Source: Terriglobia bacterium (GTDB lineage: Bacteria; Acidobacteriota; Polarisedimenticolia; Polarisedimenticolales; JAIQFR01). Taken from it: DNA of 64,000 nt. This document shows positions 8,838 to 18,522 of this stretch, one piece after another. Position numbers and translations under genes: made by a program. The DNA lies in NCBI GenBank assembly GCA_963748015.1, contig CAVVHE010000005.1:160001-224000 (forward strand), given 5' to 3'. Every line of letters begins with the position of its first letter. Position 1 is the first letter of the stretch. The notes beneath the pieces were generated by a model that saw nothing but the letters and a program-made list of their open reading frames with translations, had not been told where the DNA came from and did no database searches.

Positions 8838-10619
8838 ATGGACGATTCCTTGACACCCAATCCGCGTTCTGCGGTCCATGAAGTCCTGGAGGCGGCTTCT
8901 GCGAAGCCCACGATCACGGCGCCGCGCAAGTTGCCGCCTGGTTTTCCACCCGAGGCCGTGGCGCTGCACATGCTCGGGGTGGATTACAGCCATCTCAAGA
9001 CCAGCGATGGCGGGGACCTTTACCTGACCCAGTTTGGGCGTGTCTTCTGGCGCTACCTGCAACCGGACAACTGGTATGAACGTCAGTGGTTCACCGCCCA
9101 CCGGCAACGGCTGCACGGCACCAGCACGGTGTACCGGGTTCCCACCCGCCCGGTCGCTGGACGGTCCATCAACCTGGTGGTGAAGTTCTCGCGGGTGGGC
9201 GAGGAAATCCCAATGGACACCTTCACCATCAACAAGTTCGTCAACGCCGAGTTCAACAGTCCGTTCGAGGAATTCTCCTTCCTGATGGAATTGCGCGAGG
9301 GGCGCATGGGGCCGCAGTCCATCCAGATCAAGACGCAGCATCCGCTGGCCATTTATGTGCCCTCCCGCCGGCTCCAGCTCTGGCAGACCGGCCGGTCCGA
9401 GGCCAAGATCAAGGCCAAGATCACCAAGCATTCCGGCGTCGAAATCGACATCCTGCGTCAATACGTCGTGGTGTTCGGCTGGATCAAGGGATTGGATGCG
9501 GTGCAAACCGCCGACCACCTCCGGCTGAAGGGCGAGGCGCGCAGCCGGTTCCTGGCCCAGACCAACAGCCTGGTGGTGCATGAGCTGGCCCAGAAGGGCT
9601 ATCAGGTGGCGGACATGAAACCGGAGCACATCATCATGCGACCGCAACCGGACGGCAGCCTGCTGCGCGACCGCAACGGCCAGTTCGTCTATGGCCTGGT
9701 CGATTACGAGCTTTTGCATCGATCCCCCGAGCACGAGCAGGCCGTGCGCAGCGCCACCCGCCAATTCTACCTGAAGCACATGGCCCGGCGCTTTGATATC
9801 GGCCCCCGCAAACCAGTCCCCTCGCATCTCAAAGCCGTCAGCATCCTGGGCGTGGATTACATCTTTGGCCACGCGGAAAGCACCGGGGGATTCTTATGGG
9901 TGGTGGGGCGGGATCCGGACCTGTTCAATTTCTTCCTGCCCGAACGCTGGCGTCGGACACAGAAAACCGCCCTTTCCGAGAGCAACCAAGTCTACTACAC
10001 GCGTACCAAAGATGACATCAACCTCGTCTGGCGCGTTTCCCGGATGGGGGACATCGCCCGGTCCCATACGGGCAAGGCGCGCCGGAAGGCCATTCATGAG
10101 CACGGCTATAACAGCCCGTTCGAAGAGTTCGCCATCGCTCTGGACCTGACCCGGGGCGGCGCGCGCGTGGTCTATCCGCGCGCGATTTACATGACCGGGA
10201 GCCTGCGCGATGCGGACCGGGCGTTGAGCGATGATCGCCGGTTCAACGCGGTCAACCAAATCCTCACGCCTGAGGGCGAGCTGCTCCTGCGCCGGGACCG
10301 GGATTACATCACCGTGTGGGGGTTCTGGAACGGGCCGGACGAAATGCTGGCCGCCGACGACACGCGCCGCTACAGGGCTCTCAACGCCGGGGAAGCGCAC
10401 CAGCAGGGACTGATCGACAACGTCACCCTCCAGACATTGCTCCAGCTCAAGCTGGAGCGGCTCAAGCGTTGCGGGATCGAGGATCTCAACCCCAAACCGG
10501 ATCATCTGCTGGTCTCCTTCGATCACCAGGGCACCTTGGTCCGGGATGCCGAAGGCAACCCGGAAATCCGCCTGTGCAATTTCGAGCTGCTGCGCAAGCC
10601 GTCCTCGACGTCTGCGTGA
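8838..10619 (+). CDS. Hypothetical protein made of two tandem protein-kinase-like-fold repeats
   Basis: Internal duplication: LGVDY / NLV.(K,R).SR.G / NSPFEEF / P.AIY / KP(E,D)H / (D,N)(Y,F)ELL. Confidence 0.7.
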   Translation: MDDSLTPNPRSAVHEVLEAASAKPTITAPRKLPPGFPPEAVALHMLGVDYSHLKTSDGGDLYLTQFGRVFWRYLQPDNWYERQWFTAHRQRLHGTSTVYRVPTRPVAGRSINLVVKFSRVGEEIPMDTFTINKFVNAEFNSPFEEFSFLMELREGRMGPQSIQIKTQHPLAIYVPSRRLQLWQTGRSEAKIKAKITKHSGVEIDILRQYVVVFGWIKGLDAVQTADHLRLKGEARSRFLAQTNSLVVHELAQKGYQVADMKPEHIIMRPQPDGSLLRDRNGQFVYGLVDYELLHRSPEHEQAVRSATRQFYLKHMARRFDIGPRKPVPSHLKAVSILGVDYIFGHAESTGGFLWVVGRDPDLFNFFLPERWRRTQKTALSESNQVYYTRTKDDINLVWRVSRMGDIARSHTGKARRKAIHEHGYNSPFEEFAIALDLTRGGARVVYPRAIYMTGSLRDADRALSDDRRFNAVNQILTPEGELLLRRDRDYITVWGFWNGPDEMLAADDTRRYRALNAGEAHQQGLIDNVTLQTLLQLKLERLKRCGIEDLNPKPDHLLVSFDHQGTLVRDAEGNPEIRLCNFELLRKPSSTSA

Positions 10620-10876
10620 CCTGCGCCGCAGGGTGAGGCGCGTCTCACTTCTTGGGCTGGAGAGCATTGCGAGATCCGCCCACCTCCTGAAATTCACATT
10701 GACGGCAGGCGGTCTTTGACCCTCACTTCCATCATGATGGAGCTTATGTGCCTGGTCCTGCGGGACCGGCCGGATGAGTTCAGTCTGGCAACTGGGGAAT
10801 GGGTAAGTCCGGCGGAATCGCTTCGCGCTGCTCGCCAGCCAGGAGTCGCGGCGCCTGTGTCCGGGGAGGCAGTCCG

Positions 10877-12728
10877 ATGAATCGATTCTTCCCGTTTCGA
10901 CCGAAGCTGCTGGAATGCCTTCGGGGTTACGACCGCCAGGGTTTTCTCGCGGACTTGGTTGCCGGCATGACCGTGGGCATCGTGGCCTTGCCGCTGGCCA
11001 TGGCCTTTGCCATCGCCTCCGGCGTGCCGCCGCAGGCGGGCATCTTCACCGCGGTCATCGCGGGCTTCATCATCTCCGCGCTGGGCGGCACGCGGGTGTG
11101 CATCGGCGGTCCCACCGGCGCGTTCATCGTCATCCTCTACGGCATCCACGCCAAGTACGGCCCGGAGAACCTCGCCATCTGCACCATCATGGCCGGCGTC
11201 ATCCTGTTGATCATGGGCGCGGCCCGGCTGGGGACGATGATCAAATACATCCCCTACCCGGTGACCATGGGTTTCACCTCGCGGCATCGCCGTGCTCATC
11301 TTCAGCACGCAGATCAAGGATTTCTTCGGCCTGCAGCATGGACAAGGTGCCGTCCGAATTCGTCGAGAAGATGCGCGTGCTGGCCGAGCACGCCGGCACC
11401 GTCCAATGGCCGACGGTCGCTGCTGGCCGCAGCGCTCGCTGGCGATCATCATGCTTCTGGCCGCAAAGCCTGGCAGCGTCGCGTGCCGGGCTCGATTGTG
11501 GCGCTGGTCCTGGGCACGCTGGCGGTGGCCCTGTTCTCAACTGCCCGTGGAGACCATCGGCAGCAAGTTCGGCGGCATTCCCCAGGGCCTGCCCACCCCG
11601 CACATGCCCGACGTTGTCCTGGGACAACATCCGCGCACCTCGTCCAACCCGCCACCACCATCGCGCTGCTGGCCGCCATCGAGTCGCTGCTTTGCGCCGT
11701 GGTGGCCGACGGCATGATGGATGACCGGCACGACTCGAACCAGGAGCTCATGGCGCAGGGCCTGGCCAACATCGTCAGCCCGCTCTTCGGCGGCATCGCC
11801 GCCACCGGCGCCATCGCCCGCACCGCCACCAACGTCCGAAGCGGCGCCCGCACGCCCGTGGCCGGCATCATTCACGCCCTGACCCTGCTGGTCATCATTC
11901 TGGTCGCCGCGCCGCTGGCGCGTTACATCCCCCTGGCCGCGCTCAGCGCCGTGCTGGTCAACGTGGCCCTGCAACATGGGCGAGTGGCACAACTTCAGGC
12001 CGGCTCCGCAAATGGCCGCGTCAGTGACGCCGCGGTGTTCCTCACCGCCTTCGGGCTGACGGTGATCATCGATCTGACCGTGGCGGTGGAGATCGGCATG
12101 GTGCTGGCCGCCGTCCTTTTCATCAAACGCGTCTCGGAAACCACCCAGATCACGCGGTGGACGAGAGCACCGAGACCGAAGGCTCGCAGCATTCGCTCGT
12201 CGGCACGCGAGATCCCCCGCGGCGTGATGGTCTATCGCATCTTCGGCTCCTTCTTCTTCGGCGCGGCGGACAAGCTCGAGAGCGCGCTCAAGCGGCTCAA
12301 GGAGGAGCCCGAGGTGCTGATCCTGCGCATGCGCAAGGTGCTGGCGATGGACGCCACCGGGCTGAACGCGCTCGAGGACCTCTGCGAACGCCTGCGCCGC
12401 AAAGGCAAACACCTCATCCTCAGCGGACCGCACACCCAGCCCTTTCATGGTGATGGAAAAGGCCGGGTTCATCCAATGGCTCGGGCGCGAGAATGTCTGC
12501 GCCCACATCGCGGCCTCCCTGGCCCGGGCCCGCGAGATTCTCGGCCTGCCTCCCGAAGCGAGCCACGACCCCTTGCGCGCCGAGAAGGACAAGATCGAAG
12601 CCGTGCGCCAGGAACTCACCTCCGCCCTGGAACGCGCCGATGCGGTCTTGAATCCGCCGGCCCGGGGCGGAACCCCGTCCACACCGTCATCCCCCGGGGA
12701 TGCTCCCCCGGCCTCCCGCCGCCCCTGA
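10877..12728 (+). CDS. sulP: SulP/SLC26 anion (sulfate/bicarbonate) permease with STAS domain, frameshifted
   Basis: ADLVAGMTVGIVALPLAMAFAIASG, IGGPTGAF, AIESLL, DSNQELMAQG, GAIARTATN, and STAS GSFFFGAA..MDATG. Confidence 0.92.
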
Positions 12729-12745
12729 CCCGCTAAGGACGCGCC

Positions 12746-13438
12746 ATGTATCTGAACATCGTCGAACTGGCCGAGTCGTTTGGGGTCGAGGAACGCGTGA
12801 TTCAGGACTGGGTGCGCCATGAGGGTCTGCCGCACGTGCCGGACCGCGGGCGGCTGAGATTTGATCGAGCGCAGGTGATCGCCTGGGCCGCCGAGAGCGG
12901 CCATGCCGCGAAGGCCGGCTTTCTTGCGGCGCAGCAGCCCAATGTCCACGCCGGGCCGCGCCTGGAACCCTTGCTGCGCACCGGCGGCATCTGGCGCGAG
13001 GTGCCGGCGAACGGCGTCCTGGACCGGCTCGAACAGGTGGTCGGTCGCCTCGCAGGCGCCACGCCCCCGGTGCGCCAACTGTTGACCCAACGATTGCGGG
13101 CTCCCGACGGCATCTCCTGGGCGCCGATTGGCGAGGGGCTGGCGCTGCCGCATCTCCGCGTGCCGGTGGCCCTGGGACGCGAGGGCGGCGTGCTCGCGCT
13201 GCTGCTGTTGCGTGAGGCTCTGGAACAGCCGTCGCTGGACCATGTGCCCATCACGCGGTTGCTCTTCTTCATCGCACCCTCGCCGCGGGCGCACCTCGAG
13301 TTGCTCGGCCAGCTCAGCACCGTGCTGCTCCGGGGCCGGTTGAAACCCCTGCTGCTGGCCGGAGCACCGGATGATGAGATTATTGCCGCGCTGGATCCGG
13401 CCGCCGACGCCAGCGCGTCCAGACAATCCGCACCATGA
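12746..13438 (+). CDS. Excisionase/MerR-like HTH fused to a PTS EIIA(Ntr)-type domain
   Basis: N-terminal LNIVELAESFGVEERVIQDWV..LP..RF HTH and C-terminal IGEGLALPHLR with the phospho-His. Confidence 0.85.
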   Translation: MYLNIVELAESFGVEERVIQDWVRHEGLPHVPDRGRLRFDRAQVIAWAAESGHAAKAGFLAAQQPNVHAGPRLEPLLRTGGIWREVPANGVLDRLEQVVGRLAGATPPVRQLLTQRLRAPDGISWAPIGEGLALPHLRVPVALGREGGVLALLLLREALEQPSLDHVPITRLLFFIAPSPRAHLELLGQLSTVLLRGRLKPLLLAGAPDDEIIAALDPAADASASRQSAP

Positions 13439-15381
13439 CTCCAGGCCCTCTGCTGCTGGTCGCAGCCCTTGGACTGGCGACCGGAATGATCGGCTGCCGG
13501 CGGATGCGGTTCTGGCTGGCGTCGACCCTGGCCGGATGTGCGGGCGGATTGGCGGCTGGCGCGTGGGTTTTGATCGCTGGCCCCGTTTGGGAGTGGGAAC
13601 CCGGCCTCGTGCTGGGCGGGCAATTCGTGCATTTGCGGCTGGATGCGATCAGTGCCTTCTTCCTTTCACTGCTGGCGCTGCTCGGGGGTGTGGGCAGCCT
13701 TTACGCCTCGGAGTATTGGATTGACCGCGCGCATCCGGTGTCGGGGCCCTCGGGCCGGATCTGGTGGAACGCGCTGCTCGGGTTCATGGCCATGGTGTTG
13801 ATGTCGGCCAATGGATTGCACTTCCTGATCGCCTGGGAACTGTTCGCGGTCTGCGCGTATTTTCTGATCACGCGCGAGCGCCACAAGCGGGAGGTGCGCG
13901 CGGCGGGCTGGCTCTACCTGGCGGCGTCGCATGCGGGAACGCTCTGCCTGTTCGCCTTCTTTGCCAGCCTGGCGGCGCGAACGGGAAGCTGGGAGCTGGG
14001 CCCCTTGCGGGACCGGCCCGAGCTGGCCCCGTTGTTCTGGCTGGCGCTGTTCGGCTTCGGGGTGAAGGCGGGATTGTTTCCGTTGCATGTTTGGCTGCCG
14101 TCCGCGCACGCCAATGCGCCCAGCCACGTCTCGGCCATCCTCTCGGGTGTGGCGATCAAGATGGGCATTTACGGCCTGGTCCGGTTCACCGGCTGGCTGC
14201 CGGTGCCCGAGGCGGGGGGATGGGTTGTGGCGGGCTTGGGCGTGGCCAGTGCGGTGCTGGGCGTGGCCTTCGCCCTCGGCCAGCACGATCTCAAACGGCT
14301 GCTCGCCTATCACAGCGTGGAAAACATCGGCATCATCCTGATCGGACTCGGGTTCGCCTTGATTGCGGCGGCGCGCGGCGACGCGGCATGGGGTCGCCTG
14401 GCGCTGGCCGGCGGATTGTTGCACGTCTGGAACCACGGGCTGTTCAAGGGGCTGCTGTTCCTCGGGGCGGGGTCGGTGTTGCACGCCACCGGCACGCGCG
14501 AGATGAGCCGCCTCGGCGGTTTGTGGCGAACTATGCCCTGGACCGCCGCGTTGTTCGGACTCGGCGCGGCGGCCATCAGCGGCCTGCCGCCGCTCAATGG
14601 ATTTGTCAGCGAATGGCTGGTTTATCTCGGCCTGTTCGAGGCGGCGTCATCGCGCGGCCCTGTGTCGTGGGCGGCGGTGCCGGCGGCGATTCTGCTGGGC
14701 ATGACCGGGGCGCTGGCGCTGGCGTGCTTTGTGAAGGTGTGCGGCGTGGTGTTCCTGGGCCTGCCGCGCAGCCGCGCGGCGCAATGTGCCCACGAATGCG
14801 GACCGTCCATGCGCGCGGCCATGATCATCCTCGCCGCCGCCTGCATCGCCATCGGCCTGGTTCCCGTGCTCTTCTGGCCCGCAGTGACCCACGCGGTGGC
14901 GGCATGGCGACCGGAATGGGATGCGGCCATGCCTGCGGTGCCCCTGAACACACTGGGGAGGGTCCACACGACGCTGGCTGTCGTCGCCGCATTGGCGGTT
15001 GCGCTCCTGTGGTCGCGCGTGAAGCGCAACGGCGTCGTGCGCGCGGTGACCTGGGACTGCGGTTACGCGGCGCCGACAACGCGCATGCAATACACCGCCG
15101 GCTCGTTCGCGGGCATCATCACGGGCTGGTTCGGCTGGATTCTGCGGCCGCGGACCCATGCGCAGCCGGTGCAGGGCCTTTTCCCGGCGACCGCTTTTCA
15201 TGAACAACACACGCCGGAGACGGTGCTCGAGGACCTGGTGGAACCCGCGGGTTCGATGGTCATGCGCCTGTCCACCGCCGTGCGCCGGCTGCAGCATGGG
15301 CGGATGTCGGCTTACATCCTGTATCTGCTGATCGGCGTGGCAGCGCTGGCGCTGCTGGCTGTGTGGGGAGGCGCGCCATGA
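13435..15381 (+). CDS. Hydrogenase-4 HyfB-like antiporter-type membrane subunit (Ehr complex)
   Basis: FLIAWE, GFGVKAGLFPLHVWLP.AH..APSHVSA, HDLKRLLAYHSVENIG, NHGLFK, GLPPLNGFVSEW, TWDCGY..RMQYT. Confidence 0.9.
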   Translation: MTPGPLLLVAALGLATGMIGCRRMRFWLASTLAGCAGGLAAGAWVLIAGPVWEWEPGLVLGGQFVHLRLDAISAFFLSLLALLGGVGSLYASEYWIDRAHPVSGPSGRIWWNALLGFMAMVLMSANGLHFLIAWELFAVCAYFLITRERHKREVRAAGWLYLAASHAGTLCLFAFFASLAARTGSWELGPLRDRPELAPLFWLALFGFGVKAGLFPLHVWLPSAHANAPSHVSAILSGVAIKMGIYGLVRFTGWLPVPEAGGWVVAGLGVASAVLGVAFALGQHDLKRLLAYHSVENIGIILIGLGFALIAAARGDAAWGRLALAGGLLHVWNHGLFKGLLFLGAGSVLHATGTREMSRLGGLWRTMPWTAALFGLGAAAISGLPPLNGFVSEWLVYLGLFEAASSRGPVSWAAVPAAILLGMTGALALACFVKVCGVVFLGLPRSRAAQCAHECGPSMRAAMIILAAACIAIGLVPVLFWPAVTHAVAAWRPEWDAAMPAVPLNTLGRVHTTLAVVAALAVALLWSRVKRNGVVRAVTWDCGYAAPTTRMQYTAGSFAGIITGWFGWILRPRTHAQPVQGLFPATAFHEQHTPETVLEDLVEPAGSMVMRLSTAVRRLQHGRMSAYILYLLIGVAALALLAVWGGAP

Positions 15382-16427
15382 ACACGGTGCTGGACCTCCT
15401 GGTTCGCCTGTTCCTCTGGCTGGCGCTGGCGCCGCTGGTGCCGGGCCTCATCAACAAGGTCAAGGCCTGGGTCGCCGGACGCCGCGGGCCGCCGCTGTTT
15501 CAGCTCTACTTCGATCTCGCCAAGTTGTGGCGCAAAGGGGTGGTGTTGAGCACGGCGGTGTCGCCCGGGCACGTGGCCGGACCTGCCATCGCCTGGGTGG
15601 CCTTGATGGGCGCGGCCCTGTTGCTCCCGCTGGGACCGGCGGGGGCGCCCCTGTCGTTTCGCGGCGACGCGCTGCTGTTCGTTTACTTGATGGCGCTGGC
15701 CCGGTTTTGCACGGCCGGCGCGGCGCTCGACACAGGGTCGGCCTTCGAGGGCATGGGGGCGGCACGGGAGGTCAGCTATGCGGTTCTCAGCGAGGCGGCG
15801 GTGATCACGGCGTTGCTGACGCTGGCCGTGCAGACCGGCAGCGTGTCGTTGGGCGTCATGCTCGCCCCGGCGGCCGGCCCGGGCGCAGCCGTGCTGGCGG
15901 CGGGCTTGTTTGTGGTGTTGCTGGCCGAAAACTGCCGCGTGCCCTTTGACGATCCCAACACGCACCTGGAATTGACGATGATCCACGAGGTGATGGTGCT
16001 GGACCACAGCGGTCCGCCCCTGGCGGTGATCCTGCATGGGGCGTCGGTCAAGCTGCTGCTGTTTGCCGCGTTGCTGGTCCAGGCGGCATTGCCGCTCGGG
16101 CATCTGCCACCCGCGCCGGCCGCGGGGTTGCTGGTGATCTCCGTCCTGGGCGTGGCGGTGGCAGTGGGTTTGGTGGAGTCGCTGCTGGCGCGACTGGCGT
16201 TCCGACGGGTGCCGCTACTGCTGACCACGGCTTTCATCCTTTGCCTGTTTGCGCTGCTCACCAGTTGGAGAGCTTCCACGATCCGCGAACCGCGCGTTGG
16301 GACCCTGAACCCGGAGCGCGGACATTGGTGTCCGCCCGGGCAGGGTGCGGCCCACAAAGCCGACAGGAATGCAGGTGCTCCGGTTCGTGGTTCATGGGTC
16401 GTTTGCATGATTCCGGAATCAGAATGA
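15378..16427 (+). CDS. HyfC/NuoH-like membrane subunit; last ~50 codons derive from a repeat insertion
   Basis: GRRGPP..Q.Y.DL.KL..K, LDTGSAFEGMGAARE, AENCRVPFDDPNTHLELTMIHEVMVLDHSG. Confidence 0.88.
   Translation: MNTVLDLLVRLFLWLALAPLVPGLINKVKAWVAGRRGPPLFQLYFDLAKLWRKGVVLSTAVSPGHVAGPAIAWVALMGAALLLPLGPAGAPLSFRGDALLFVYLMALARFCTAGAALDTGSAFEGMGAAREVSYAVLSEAAVITALLTLAVQTGSVSLGVMLAPAAGPGAAVLAAGLFVVLLAENCRVPFDDPNTHLELTMIHEVMVLDHSGPPLAVILHGASVKLLLFAALLVQAALPLGHLPPAPAAGLLVISVLGVAVAVGLVESLLARLAFRRVPLLLTTAFILCLFALLTSWRASTIREPRVGTLNPERGHWCPPGQGAAHKADRNAGAPVRGSWVVCMIPESE
16263..16420. repeat. Palindromic REP/MITE-like element of the (c)catgaacc/ggttcatgg family
   Basis: gaccctgaacc (16301-16311) pairs with ggttcatgggtc (16389-16400). 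Inner ccggagc/gctccgg and gcggaca/tgtccgc arms. Confidence 0.65.
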
Positions 16428-16437
16428 AATCGCCGGT

Positions 16438-17079
16438 ATGACAGACACAGTCAACTTGCTGATCGGCCTGGCCATGGGACTGAACCTGATGGCGCTGGCC
16501 AGCAGCCGCATGCCGTCCATCATCCGTATCGAGGCGGCGCAGGGGATGGTGCTGGGCGTGCTGCCGCTGCTGCTCGAGCCGGAGTCGTCCGCCTTGGTTA
16601 TGGCCGTGGCAGCAGCGGTGGTGGGGGTGAAAGGGTTTGTGATTCCGGGCCTGCTGCGGCGGGCGATGCGCGCCGCCAATATCGACCGCGAGGTGGAGCC
16701 GCTGCTCGGGTTTGTGCCGTCCTTGCTGCTGGGGGCGGCGGCGACGGTGGGGGCGCTGGCGCTGGGTCTGGCCCTGCCGCTGATGCCTGAGCATGCGCAA
16801 TTGCTGCTGGTGCCCGGGGCCTTCGCCACCGTCATCTGCGGTCTGGTGCTGTTGATGGGCCGAACCAAGGCCATCTCGCAGGTGTGCGGATTCCTCATGC
16901 TGGAGAACGGCATTTACCTCTTCGGCCTGTTGCTGCTCGGGTCCACACCGCTGCTGGTCGAGGCGGGCATCCTGCTGGACCTCACCGTGGCGGTGTTCGT
17001 CATCGGCATCATCGTGGACCGCATCCAGCGTGAGTTCGACACGCTGGACACGCGGAAACTGACCGCGCTGCGCGAATGA
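16438..17079 (+). CDS. HyfE-like membrane subunit
   Basis: Small multi-TM protein with AAQG, KGFVIP.LL, AISQV.GFLMLENG, VEAGILLD. Confidence 0.88.
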   Translation: MTDTVNLLIGLAMGLNLMALASSRMPSIIRIEAAQGMVLGVLPLLLEPESSALVMAVAAAVVGVKGFVIPGLLRRAMRAANIDREVEPLLGFVPSLLLGAAATVGALALGLALPLMPEHAQLLLVPGAFATVICGLVLLMGRTKAISQVCGFLMLENGIYLFGLLLLGSTPLLVEAGILLDLTVAVFVIGIIVDRIQREFDTLDTRKLTALRE

Positions 17080-18522
17080 TCGAACTGGCGCTCATCCTGG
17101 TGCCCTTGCTGGCGGCGGGTGTGGCGCTGGCCTGGCCGATCGAACGCGACACGGCCTGGCTGCTGCCCGTGGCCGGCGTGCTGCATGCCGCGCTTTGCGC
17201 TGTGGCGGTTGCTGGCGCCGCCCGCACCGCCGGCCAGCGAGTGGGTGGGATTCGACGCGGTGGCGCGCGCGGTGCTGCCGGCGGTGTCGCTGCTGTTCCT
17301 CGTGTGTTCGTTCTACGCGGTGGCTTATCTGCGGCTGCGCGCGGAGCGGCCCAACCGCATGTTGTACGGTGCCTTGCTGGTGCTGCTGGGTCTGATGAGC
17401 CTGGCCTTGCAGGCGCGGCACTTGGGCGTGCTGTGGATCGCCATCGAGGGCGCCACCCTGGCCACGGTGCCGCTGCTGCATTTCAACGGCACTGCGCGCG
17501 CTTTCGAGGCGACCTGGAAATACCTGCTCGTTGGCGGCACCGGCATTGCCCTGTCGCTGCTGGGCTCGTTCTGTCTCGGATACGCCTCGCTGCACGGCGG
17601 CGGCAGCGGCGACCTCACTTTTGCGGGACTGACCGCCCAAGGCAGCGCGCTTTCTCGTCCGTGGCTGGTGACGGCGTGGGTGCTTGTTGCTGGCGGGTTA
17701 CGGCACGAAGATGGGCCTGGCGCCGATGCACACCTGGAAACCCGACGCCTACGGCGAGGCGCCGGGTATGGTTGGCGCCCTGCTGGCGGGCGGGATGACC
17801 ACGACGGCCTTCGTGGCGCTGCTGCGCGTCCAGCAGGTGGTGGACGCCGCCGGCGCTGGGCGCGATGACCGCAGCGGACGCTGCTGGCTGCTCGGGTTGT
17901 TCTCGATGGTGGTGGCGGCGTTGTTCCTGCTGGGCACGCCGGACTTCAAGCGGATGCTGGCCTACTCGAGCGTCGAGCACATGGGCATCCTGGCGTCGGC
18001 GCGGCGCTGGGCGGCGCAGGGTTGGGCGCGGCGCTGTTTCATGTGTGGACCAACAGCCTGACCAAAGGGGCGCTGTTCCTGAGCGCGGGCAACCTGCGTC
18101 GCGCCGCCGGCGCCCGCACGCGTGAGGACGTGGCCGGCATGGCCTGGGTGTCGCCGTGGTCCGCGCGGATTTTCGTCACGGGGATGCTTGCCGTCACCGC
18201 CTGTCCGCCGTTCGGTCCGTTCTTCAGCGAACTGGGCATCGTGCGGGCGGGGCTGGCGGCCGACCGTTGGTTGGCCGTGCTGGTGTTTCTGGGCTGCCTG
18301 TTCCTGGCGTTTCTCGGGATGACGCGATTGGTGTTTGCGATCGTGGACGGGCGGCCGGGGCAGGGGGCGCGGGCGACCAGTGCGCGCTTCCGCGAAACCG
18401 CCGGCTTGGTGGCGCCGCCGCTCGTCTTCCTGGGCCTGTCGCTCTGGCTGGGACTGGCCACGCCGCCGCTGCTGCGCGAAACGTGGGCGGCGGCGGTGGA
18501 AGCCCTGCTGGTCCTGCCATGA
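17076..18522 (+). CDS. HyfF-like antiporter-type membrane subunit, frameshifted
   Basis: WIAIEGATLA, FEATWKYL, GYGTKMGLAPMHTWKPDAYGEAP, DFKRMLAYSSVEHMG, NSLTKGALF, PPFGPFFSE. Confidence 0.88.

Noticed and set aside
11537..13426. Long antisense ORFs (e.g. 11537-13426, 23643-25109, 27189-28844, 57629-59380)
   Set aside because: Shadow frames of high-GC genes with no recognisable motifs.
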